Source: Amoeboradix gromovi X-113 (Eukaryota > Fungi > Sanchytriomycota). From it: a stretch of 21,932 bases of DNA. A program made the translations under genes and the position numbers. Numbering within the stretch: the stretch's first letter is position 1; each line of letters starts with the position of its first letter. The notes beneath the pieces are model-generated. The model searched no databases. It was not told the origin of the DNA and saw only the letters and a program-made list of their open reading frames with translations. Positions 1-7,950 of the stretch are shown here, piece after piece. The stretch covers positions 1 through 21,932 of the forward strand of contig JADGIF010000086.1 in NCBI GenBank assembly GCA_018985225.1, given 5' to 3'.

Positions 1-1
1 A

Positions 2-93
2 AGAAGATCTTTTATTAATGATAGCATTTCCTGCGTATGGAGCACCTTTAAAAACGAGTTAGTCTAGTTTTTATATTTGGTGTCCCACATGTA
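2..93 (+). mobile_element. 3' end (candidate omegaRNA end, 34-bp TIR, TA) of a TIR element entering from left of the window
   Basis: 2-87 matches the reverse complement of 13113-13198 at 82/86 nt. TIR 58-91 matches 13811-13844 at 30/34 and is followed by TA (92-93). Confidence 0.85.
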
Positions 94-330
94 CAGTGAG
101 ACAATCATCACTGAGATCAGAAAAAGCAAGGCAGACATGCTGAAATAGTTTGCACGAAGAAAAAGAGACAGATGAGAAAAATCAAATGAGTTGTTGATAA
201 AATATGATATGAAGTGATTTACTATGGTGACTGAAGCTATAAGCATAAGAGAAAGGCCATTGAAGTATCTAAACAAGAAACCAGTTTATGCAATTGGCAT
301 GAATACGTTTGTGTTGCTCGTACTAGAGTT
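94..330 (+). pseudogene. Possible decayed Fanzor1 fragment (bridge-helix/RuvC-II region)
   Basis: Frame 2 with several stops gives FARRKRD (149-169) and KKPVYAIGMNTF (275-310), resembling the Fanzor1 F.k.kWD...P(v/l)..IG.g.F segment. Confidence 0.4.
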
Positions 331-366
331 TAAAATTTTATTTTTCCGTAAGCGTAATAGTGTTTA

Positions 367-1698
367 TTAGGCTTCTCCGATTATTCTTACTGGTACTAAT
401 CTTCTAGTCACCAATTGAAAGAAGGATCCAAAAAACAACATAGCGGCTGTCATTGTTAATGTAATAACATTGTACGGCATGGAAAAATCAGGCAGAGGAA
501 GAGTTGTTATTCTATTGTTGCTATATAGCTTAACATCATCTATTATAAATGTAGCTGGTCTAAATAAAAACAGAAATTACCCAAAATCCAGTCCCCTATG
601 TGCATCTGGCTTATATTCTTTATATCGTAAAAACCCCTTCTCAAATTCAATAGAGTATGTTAATCTTGCTTTGCCGGGAATTGTCAAATTGTAAATTAGT
701 ACTGCAGGCTGAATTCTATCTTTTGAGGGTAAAAAATGGAACGAATTCAGGAACTCATCGTTGGAACTTCGCAATGAAGAACGCCATTGTGAGGTGTGCA
801 GATAAAGTCTAAAGTACCAAGGTATCTGTTCATAGTACTCGATAGTTAGTGGTTCAGAGTCGCTGTTTTCCAAAACTGTAATTAACTTACCAGAATCATC
901 ACCAAAGCCACCCAACCAGCTGGAATATTGCAGATGATGGTACTTCTCTAGTTTTACGTTTGACTTTATTGGTTTCACATCGATGTTCTTTAAATCCAGT
1001 GTTAGGTGATTCAGTCGATCATGCATATTAAATTCCTTAGACGGGCTGTATGTTATATCTAAGCTGCTTGCGGCACAAATAGTTATTTCTGATTTTGAGA
1101 GCCTTAGCAATTGCACGAGATTTTGTTCATCTTTGCGCTTAAAAACCGATTGAATAGTAATGTCTGTTTTAATACCACTAGGCGTAGATATGCTGGTTAA
1201 AGACATTCCATAATAATAGCCATCAAAGAGAGCTAGTGGATTCAACAGTTCAACAAGTCCCATCCGATTGTTACAAGGCAATAATTTAAGAAATGGAGTT
1301 AAATTCTCCGTACAGACTGTTTCTTGAGGTAGCTTACCATGGTAAAACCCTTTAAACAAGCTTACAGATTCAATGGAGTTTAGTGAAGCACAAAAAAGAC
1401 CGCTTAGTATAGAGAAAACTCTATTCAACGAGGTATCTGTTTTGACTAATAAATTAGCACCAACAGGCGATACTGCCGTCATCCAATTTTTATCCAGTAT
1501 CGGGGATAAGCCCTTCCCAAATTGAAGCTGCAATTCAGAAATGTTCAAAGTTTTCATTAGTTCAATAATTTGTGTACTTTGAATGTCAATGAATTTAAAC
1601 ATCAGGCCCACTGAGTCATTTTCCGAGTAAATTTCAATGTTAGGGTATATATTTAAGCTCGATTTCATTGCAAAAATTGTTAAAATGTTAACGAGCAT
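367..1698 (-). CDS. GPI16: GPI transamidase subunit PIG-T/Gpi16; exons 1698-581 and 559-367
   Basis: Motifs LSGLFCASLN, ETVCTENLTPFLKLLPC, YKPDAHRGLD. Removing intron 560-580 adds LPLPDFSMPYNVITLT plus the C-terminal TM, ending TAA at 367-369. Start placed at ATG 1698 (signal peptide). Confidence 0.93.
560..580 (-). other. 21-nt spliceosomal intron
   Basis: GTAATTTCTGTTTTTATTTAG; carries the in-frame TAA, and removal restores the conserved PIG-T C-terminus. Confidence 0.85.
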
Positions 1699-1789
1699 AT
1701 TCCGAAAATGTTTCACATTGATTTTTAACAAAAAATAAAGGGATCTGTAAAATTAAAGCAACTAGGAGAGAGTAAGTATGCAAACTAGT

Positions 1790-2140
1790 TTATTCTGGAT
1801 TCTGCTGTTTTACACCAATATCTTTGGTAAATTGGCGATTTTTTTGAAAATCCCACTTCAGATTTAGTTTCAATGGCTTCAAGTTTCTTTCGGTTTCTTC
1901 TAAAATTTGCTCATACTTAAATGGAGGAATTTTTTTTAAATTGATATAAAATGTTTTCACTTCGGAATTTAACTTGACATCGATAACTTCAAATCTTTTC
2001 AATGGTTTTACAAGTTTTCGCTTAATCGTACAATGCGATAGATTAGGCATTAGTTGATATAATTCTTGCATAGTTTTTGGGCCTTTTTGTAATATATCAA
2101 TGAACAACGCAGTAGTAGACTTGGAAATCGGTGCAGACAT
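1790..2140 (-). CDS. Small basic winged-helix-like protein, function unknown
   Basis: 116-aa ATG ORF; ILQKGPKTMQELYQLMPNLSHCTIKRKLVKPLKRFEVI fits a wHTH pattern. Confidence 0.6.
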   Translation of the reverse strand: MSAPISKSTTALFIDILQKGPKTMQELYQLMPNLSHCTIKRKLVKPLKRFEVIDVKLNSEVKTFYINLKKIPPFKYEQILEETERNLKPLKLNLKWDFQKNRQFTKDIGVKQQNPE

Positions 2141-2155
2141 GTTTACTCCTTTTTA

Positions 2156-2190
2156 TACAATTGGGACAGGTACTGTAAAAACTAGAGTAA
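2156..2190 (-). repeat. TA plus diverged 33-bp TIR; 3' end of the Fanzor1 element at 2158-~2960
   Basis: TA|CAATTGGGACAGGTACTGTAAAAACTAGAGTAA versus TA|CATGTGGGACACCAAATATAAAAACTAGACTAA (reverse complement of 59-93): 25/33 identical, ungapped. Confidence 0.75.
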
Positions 2191-2520
2191 TAGATCCTCA
2201 CTGAAGTGCCCACATTTCATCGCTTTTGATACACTCAAAATGATTTTATCGTTTGTTCTCTTCTGGACCTGGTATTTTACCGTGTATTTGCAGAGAGCTC
2301 CTGTTAATTAAATAAACCGTAAATTGTGATAAAATGAGCTGTATCGCTCCAATGCACTCCGTATAGGCTTTCATAGCTGCAAAAAAGTCGAATACTTTTT
2401 TCTCCTCACTTATTAACGCCTACGTTAAATGTGAAGAATTCGAAAATCATGAAGATTTCAAACCCCACACTTCTCAAATATAGACAACTTGGGGAGATAC
2501 CATTTGAGCATGTTCTTGCC
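2158..2520 (-). ncRNA. Candidate Fanzor omegaRNA scaffold
   Basis: Stems between the relic ORF end and the TIR: 2473-2479/2502-2508 with possible pseudoknot 2463-2467/2490-2494; 2402-2409/2431-2438 plus 2413-2418/2423-2428; 2381-2388/2394-2401; 2336-2339/2346-2349; 2243-2250/2328-2335 enclosing 2276-2289/2310-2323. Confidence 0.5.
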
Positions 2521-2524
2521 TACA

Positions 2525-2960
2525 TTATTTTGAAGTACCTGGATTGATATCTCTATGGTCTTGGTGACCGCATTGCTGACAATTGACGCAACGATTGAAT
2601 CCTTTCATAACGCTTGCAGCTGCTACAAGTGTTGGACACATCATATTGTTTTTGAATGGTCGCAACTCTAATGAGCTTTGAGTTCTTTTCATTTCGCATA
2701 TTCTGATGCGATAAAATTGCTACAAGTCTTAGATCTGCAAAGTGTTGAATGGTGACAAAATACCAGTACCAATAAAAAGAAGTCCTATGATATTGAGAGT
2801 TTGTTTTTTGTCTTTTTCACTTTCACGTCAACGGCTCCAATAATCTCATAATCATTATGTCAAATATAAAGAAATCACTGGCAGATGCAGAACACCCTTT
2901 ACCAATTATCCATTTTCTCGTGAGTCAGAACTTTGAACCAGGAGCAAAAGAAGACTCAAG
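2525..2960 (-). pseudogene. Decayed Fanzor1 (TnpB-family) C-terminal half
   Basis: Ordered motifs across frameshifts: RKWIIGK, FDIMIMRLL, LLFIGTG (~2762-2782), VATIQKQYDVSNTCSSC (CSSC 2616-2627), CQQCGHQDHRDINP (RDIN 2543-2554), i.e. zinc ribbon plus RuvC-III RDxN. Confidence 0.8.
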
Positions 2961-3002
2961 AATTAAAGAATTAGTTTATTTGCAAAAGCGCAGTTGTTCT
3001 AG

Positions 3003-3860
3003 TCACATATTTTCCCTGTATGATATTTTTTCTATTGTGTGCCATTTGCCGTCACTATTTTTTTGCCATTTAGTTATTTCAGTTTCTGTGGTGGTTAGTA
3101 GCTCGGTTCCTGTAATATTCCATTCAATTTCTGAAATCTTACCATTCAACATTTCGGTAGCTACATCTTGCACATCTTTCGATTCATGAGGTAAGTTATA
3201 AATGTAAACCCTCCCTTCCTCAGTCCCAACGGCTACTAGATCATACGATCTTCCCATTGTTGATGAGAAAGCACAGCTAATTGGTTTGTCAGGCAAACTA
3301 GCTTCATATACCTTTGTCATGACGTTATTCACTGAGCCATAAACAACTACTGTATTTGGGAATATCACAACTATTTTGTCATCATCGGGACTGTAACTTG
3401 ACTTGACAAATTCAATATGAGTTTTATTAAATTGGACTTCTTCTATTAAAGTCCATTCAGTTAGACTAATCAGCTCACTAGGTATGTAAAAGCGTAAAAA
3501 CCCATCACGGCATAGCGTTGCTAATTTCAAACCAACCGACTGAGGGGCAAAATGAACAGCGTCAACAGTGGAACGAGCATCAGTGATTTTGCAACGTTCT
3601 ACAAACGGAGTTCTTTGATTCGGAATCTGTTCCCATATTACTACTTCATTAGAACAAGTAGCTAGTATTGAACCAAAGTATGGGTGAGAGAGAGAGCAGT
3701 TATATACAGGTGAAATATGTGCTTTCCATTGTGTTGTCAGTTCCCAATCATTCCCGTTAAAATCATATATTAATATCTTGTGATCGGCAGTACCACATAT
3801 CAATCGTTTTCCATAGAAATCGAACTCGCTACAAAGCACTGCTTCAGAATGAGTAACCAT
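3003..3860 (-). CDS. SEH1: Nucleoporin/GATOR2 WD40 protein Seh1
   Basis: FDFYGKRL, WKAH, HPYFGSILATCS, VHFAPQSVGLKLAT, MGRSYDLVAVG, EWNITGT. First ATG at 3860. Confidence 0.9.
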   Translation of the reverse strand: MVTHSEAVLCSEFDFYGKRLICGTADHKILIYDFNGNDWELTTQWKAHISPVYNCSLSHPYFGSILATCSNEVVIWEQIPNQRTPFVERCKITDARSTVDAVHFAPQSVGLKLATLCRDGFLRFYIPSELISLTEWTLIEEVQFNKTHIEFVKSSYSPDDDKIVVIFPNTVVVYGSVNNVMTKVYEASLPDKPISCAFSSTMGRSYDLVAVGTEEGRVYIYNLPHESKDVQDVATEMLNGKISEIEWNITGTELLTTTETEITKWQKNSDGKWHTIEKISYRENM

Positions 3861-3949
3861 GTTATTTGTTACCACGGAGGAATAAATAATTTTGACAAGA
3901 CCAAACAAATTTTATCCAGTTGGAGTTGGACAGGGCATCGAAATTTGTA

Positions 3950-4141
3950 AAACAATTCATTTATCGAGAACATGTATATATTTTTACATAACTGCATGGC
4001 TTTCTCAGATTTTTCTAATTCTTTAAATACTCGATATACTTCATTTCGCAATGATAAATGGAATCAGTGGATGGAATCAGTGGATGCAATCTTGAGCATG
4101 TCAAATCTAAAGAAATAACCAATAGTTGTAGTATACATACA
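3950..4141 (-). repeat. Diverged copy 1 of a decayed coding repeat family
   Basis: Aligns to 4441-4609 and 9157-9343 (EVYRVFKELEKS...KNIYMFSINELF vs EEYRLFKLLEKS...KNAYKFAINDLF); 13-nt tandem duplication at 4058-4083. Confidence 0.7.
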
Positions 4142-4231
4142 TCAACGCTGAGGAACTGGTCCAAGCATGGAACAATTAGATGTCTTTCAATGCCTAGCAA
4201 GAGATCAACGTTAAATTAGGCTGTAAACCAT

Positions 4232-4435
4232 TTATTTAATAATTCGTATGTGATTGCCCACGCTTTCACTACCCTGAGGCGGGATTGAATTAGGATGCAG
4301 ATACTTGATGTATACGTCTCTATCTATCTTCAAATGACAATTAATAAAAGTGTTACTCTCCAAATTGGTTTTCTTTAGAGTGCCACATATTGTACATGGC
4401 ATCGAATTTCCATGTTTGGACCAGCTTATCATTCT
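4232..4435 (-). pseudogene. Internally deleted Fanzor2 / IS607-TnpB-like C-terminus
   Basis: RMISWSKHG, SMPCTICGTLKKTNLESNTF, NCHLKIDRDV-YIKYL match the Fanzor2 pattern M.sWSH..F...S..C..CG....NL...k.f.C..C.l.iDRD.NgArNI with segments missing. Confidence 0.72.
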
Positions 4436-4440
4436 GAGAC

Positions 4441-4609
4441 GAATGTATGCTGTACCTGTTAGTTATCTCTTTAGAATTGACTTAACATTTGTGAAAAGGA
4501 AGAATATCGAGTGTTTAAGCTAGTAGAAAAATCTGGAAAAGTCTTGAAATGATACAAAAATATATACAAATTCGCGATAAATGATTTATTCAAGAAAGCA
4601 ATCGAGCTG
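4441..4609 (+). repeat. Copy 2 of the decayed coding repeat family
   Basis: Close nucleotide match to 9157-9343 apart from one indel region (shared gaatgtatgctgtacctg, tagaaaaatctggaaaagtcttgaaat, atacaaattcgcgataaatgatttattcaagaaa). Confidence 0.85.
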
Positions 4610-4729
4610 TCGTAAAGATATTAAGACGATGACATTCATGTTATCATGAAAATGAGAGATCAGATTGCGCTTGTTACAGTTGTTCACAACTACTGCAATT
4701 TTAGTAAAAAAACGTTTATTTCTGCGATT

Positions 4730-6073
4730 TTAGTAATCCAAGGATATTTTCGAATCTCTCAACTCGCTGTATTCAGAGTTTCCATATTCCGATTCCCGCA
4801 AACTACTTATATCCGAGTACATTGTTTCTATATTTTGAGTGTAAATTGTACTATTATCAACTGTATATTGATCATCATCCGTAAACATCGTATCTAATCC
4901 GGTCCTGTGGGTTTCTTCAGTATACACCGTGTTCAAATTAGCAGAATCTTCTGTAAACATTGTTTTGTTGTCGGTATATTCACTGAGGGGCTCCACTTCA
5001 GTATAAATTGTTTGACTACCTTCAGTGTACATGGTCTCTGGATTATCTTGGGTGTACATTGTATCAACAGGTTTACCAGAATACCTAGTAGTTGCTGAGT
5101 ATAATGACTGCATGTCTCCTGATTCGAATTTAAGATCCTTAATATCTTCATCCACCTCACTCCATTGTGTTGAAGGTCTGTTGCTGTTGAATTCCGTGAA
5201 CTCAGTGTAGACTGTGTTTGTTCCGTTCTCCGTATAATCTGTAAATACTGTGTTGGTATTCGTAGCGTCTGCGATATGTTTCTCGTCATATTCACTCCAT
5301 TCAGTTACCGGTCTTTCTAAGCTGGCCTGTGTCTCTCTCATTTGATCCATTTTATTTGTGTGGTTGTTGTTATAAGAAACATTATTTTTAAACGTGGAAT
5401 CAACATTGGCTGATTTTCTCTTTCTACAGACCAAAATTATGACACACAAGGTGATAAAACCAACTCCTATTCCCGAGGCTATCATAATCTTAGTATTAAG
5501 CGGCATTTCTGAATCCGTATTTGAAGTAGACACATCATACATTCCTGTGGATTTTAAGAAATCTGCAGTAGCCTGAGGAGGGATGTTAGGTAAACTAGTC
5601 GGAGCTATGATACTCTGAATAGCAATCTGCTTTTGATTATCAGACTCTATGCTTGGTAGAAATCTAACTACGAATCCAGTTGTAGAATCTGGCACTATTA
5701 GCTTTAACAGATCCGCTTCTGCAATTCCTGGTTTTATGCTAGGATTTGTACCTATAAATCGGAATAGTGTAGTCAGCTGACCTGCGCTGTTGTTAAATTG
5801 ATCAATGCTCAACCTCGCATCGTACCACTTATTTTGACTCACAAATACGGCAAAAGGTAGCCATATTTTAACCAGTGATGTTTGATCAGATTTGAACTGC
5901 ATACTTAGAGCAATTGCTTTATCACTGCTTGATGTGCTATTTGATGGCAAAACTATTCCATATTCCGCTCCAAATTGACTGGTTGTGAAATCGACGAATT
6001 TAATAGAATATATAATTTGAGACCCTGGTAGATCAATCGCCTGTCCGAATAACATTGTAAAAATCGTGAACAT
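4730..6073 (-). CDS. Type I membrane protein with acidic T-x-(Y/F)-T-(E/D/Q) repeat tail
   Basis: 447-aa ORF; N-terminal signal peptide; TM IMIASGIGVGFITLCVIILVC followed by RKRK; about 10 motif repeats in the tail. Confidence 0.8.
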   Translation of the reverse strand: MFTIFTMLFGQAIDLPGSQIIYSIKFVDFTTSQFGAEYGIVLPSNSTSSSDKAIALSMQFKSDQTSLVKIWLPFAVFVSQNKWYDARLSIDQFNNSAGQLTTLFRFIGTNPSIKPGIAEADLLKLIVPDSTTGFVVRFLPSIESDNQKQIAIQSIIAPTSLPNIPPQATADFLKSTGMYDVSTSNTDSEMPLNTKIMIASGIGVGFITLCVIILVCRKRKSANVDSTFKNNVSYNNNHTNKMDQMRETQASLERPVTEWSEYDEKHIADATNTNTVFTDYTENGTNTVYTEFTEFNSNRPSTQWSEVDEDIKDLKFESGDMQSLYSATTRYSGKPVDTMYTQDNPETMYTEGSQTIYTEVEPLSEYTDNKTMFTEDSANLNTVYTEETHRTGLDTMFTDDDQYTVDNSTIYTQNIETMYSDISSLRESEYGNSEYSELRDSKISLDY

Positions 6074-6123
6074 AGTGACCCAATGACTCGCCTCTGGGTT
6101 TTAATCTAACTATCATTTCATCT

Positions 6124-6490
6124 GACCAATCAAATTGACCAATCGTTCCTAGGTCATAAAGTCGTCTGATGATATCTGAAAACCTGACAGTATACTCATC
6201 AGCTTTCAACTAGAATATTTTTATAGTTCAAACATTGTTAGTCTCTTCATAATGAGACCATTGAATTACTGACTTGTCCCTGAAATTATTGCATTCTTCT
6301 CTTCTAAAAAGCTCGGCTTTTTTGATTTTGCCTTACCTAGTCTTACTTACAAGTCAGCTGCAGTTGATTTACTCTTTGGCGATTGTCACAGTGCCAAGGT
6401 CAATTAATTGCAGCGTGGATGTCCTCCACTCAGCTGACAAGCGTATTTGGATTGCGCTGATTGGTACAATAGAACTAGTTGTGATTGGCC
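6124..6490. promoter_or_regulatory. Divergent promoter with paired CCAAT (NF-Y/Hap-type) boxes
   Basis: GACCAATCA 6124-6132 and GACCAATCG 6137-6145 near ATG 6073(-); CTGATTGGTA 6457-6466 and GTGATTGGCC 6481-6490 near ATG 6529(+). Confidence 0.5.
6166..6438 (+). ncRNA. Unassigned structured RNA candidate
   Basis: 13-bp stem 6357-6369/6402-6414 (2 G-U) with inner 7-bp stem 6374-6380/6393-6399; also 6415-6419/6425-6429, 6269-6277/6349-6357, 6306-6312/6316-6322, 6241-6245/6254-6258, 6166-6172/6196-6202. Confidence 0.35.
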
Positions 6491-6528
6491 TCTTGTGAAT
6501 TAAAACATACTCCGAGATCTGGGGCATT

Positions 6529-7464
6529 ATGAATCAGAACCAGTATGATAACGGGCAAAATCGCTATTCATACACTACTCCTGCTGATCCACAGCCAGGA
6601 GTTCCAAAAGGACGCGTGGAGTCCAATTTATACAATTACAACCAGCTTGGTCAACAAAAAAATCTAAACCAAGATTCTTCATACTATGATGATGATCCAT
6701 ACTCTGAGTCAACATTTATATCTGCCTCAAATGACGATTCGGTACAAGAAGATAGGTATTTGAATTCAGTGTATTCAAGTCCACTAGCAGTCGAAGCGCC
6801 TTTATACAATAAAAAGAAGAAAGATGTTAAAATGTGCTGCTGCCGGGTCCCAAAGATTGTTTGCTGTGTGTCCGCATTTTTTTGTGTTTTAATTGTAATT
6901 GCCATAATTGTTTTGATAGTTATTATTGCAACTTTCAAGGTGCCAACATTTACAGTGAACAGCATCACCCAAGGTACTCCGCAGTATGAAGTCAGTAAGA
7001 ACGGCTTGTCAAAAAGACAGTTGTTTGCAAATTTATTTAATCCATCTGGATCGTTTTCTGTTAATGATATTCCAGAGAATACTCTTATTAAAGCCAATAT
7101 AGTGGCTGAAATATCGATAAATAATCAGAATTGGTTTGGCTTACCAATAAATAATCAAAAGGTTGACATATTTGTTACCTCTGATATGGATAATCCTATA
7201 GGAAGTGGAGTATTAAGAGATAGCGTGCCTGCAAATCAGAAACTTGACAATTCTGTAGACTTCCAGATAGTCTATTTGAAACAGGGAAATCCGCCAGAAA
7301 GCATTCAGTACTTGTTTGCAAATTGCGATGGTTCGGGTAAAAACATTGACCTGACTTTTACATCCAAGATCTACGTAAAAACAATTACAATAGAAAAGAC
7401 TTTGCCGTGCCCTATAAATCTCCAGGACTCAAAGCTAAAACAACAAATTCAAAGTGCTCAATAA
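6529..7464 (+). CDS. Single-pass membrane protein with Cys-rich juxtamembrane segment and LEA_2-like domain
   Basis: 311-aa ORF; MCCCR..CC before the TM; KVPTF and ISINNQNWFGLPI resemble the LEA_2 v.NPN.f.i motif. Confidence 0.7.
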   Translation: MNQNQYDNGQNRYSYTTPADPQPGVPKGRVESNLYNYNQLGQQKNLNQDSSYYDDDPYSESTFISASNDDSVQEDRYLNSVYSSPLAVEAPLYNKKKKDVKMCCCRVPKIVCCVSAFFCVLIVIAIIVLIVIIATFKVPTFTVNSITQGTPQYEVSKNGLSKRQLFANLFNPSGSFSVNDIPENTLIKANIVAEISINNQNWFGLPINNQKVDIFVTSDMDNPIGSGVLRDSVPANQKLDNSVDFQIVYLKQGNPPESIQYLFANCDGSGKNIDLTFTSKIYVKTITIEKTLPCPINLQDSKLKQQIQSAQ

Positions 7465-7484
7465 ATTATTTATTTTTCAACAAA

Positions 7485-7868
7485 TTACTTTTTATTGATA
7501 GCTAATCTCTTCTGCTTCTTCAAACTACGAACCTTGAATCTGTCAAAATCAGAAAGACCAGCTCTTAACTCTCTTTTAATATGTCTCTTGTATAAAGATG
7601 TATCTTTGATTTTTTCTGAAAACTTAGCAGCTTCTAATTTCTTTTTTAATACACCAGCTCTTACAGCTCTTGGAATGCTTAAAACAATAGGTGTTAGTTC
7701 TAAATGTGTAAATTTTACTCTTTTTGGATAGTAGTCAATGCTTCCTACAACACCAAAGTTTTGATCAATAATGTCACTGATAACTCCAAATTTCTTTTCA
7801 TATGATAAGTAAACAACTCGTCCTACTTCAATGTATTGACGCGAAGGTGTATCAACTTCTAAAGTCAT
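7485..7868 (-). CDS. RPL14: 60S ribosomal protein eL14
   Basis: YIEVGRVV, DIIDQN, LSDFDRFKV. Confidence 0.95.
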   Translation of the reverse strand: MTLEVDTPSRQYIEVGRVVYLSYEKKFGVISDIIDQNFGVVGSIDYYPKRVKFTHLELTPIVLSIPRAVRAGVLKKKLEAAKFSEKIKDTSLYKRHIKRELRAGLSDFDRFKVRSLKKQKRLAINKK

Positions 7869-7950
7869 TTAGCGGCATTGAATTCGGATGATTGTGTTTA
7901 TGAAAACACGTGCAAATTAAAAGTAGCCTTGAAACAAAATTCCGAGTTTA

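Noticed and set aside
64-300. Hydrophobic minus-strand ORF 64-276, extendable to ATG 300 through a 21-nt AT-AG intron
   Set aside because: It runs into the TIR, lies antisense to the Fanzor-like relic, has no recognisable family and needs a non-canonical intron.
6166-6202. CTGATGA as hammerhead core or C/D box
   Set aside because: No stem II plus GAAA for a hammerhead and no terminal stem for a C/D snoRNA.
6080-6330. Minus-strand peptide with QWSHY and KADEY resembling Fanzor2
   Set aside because: No zinc finger or RDxN follows; compatible with chance.
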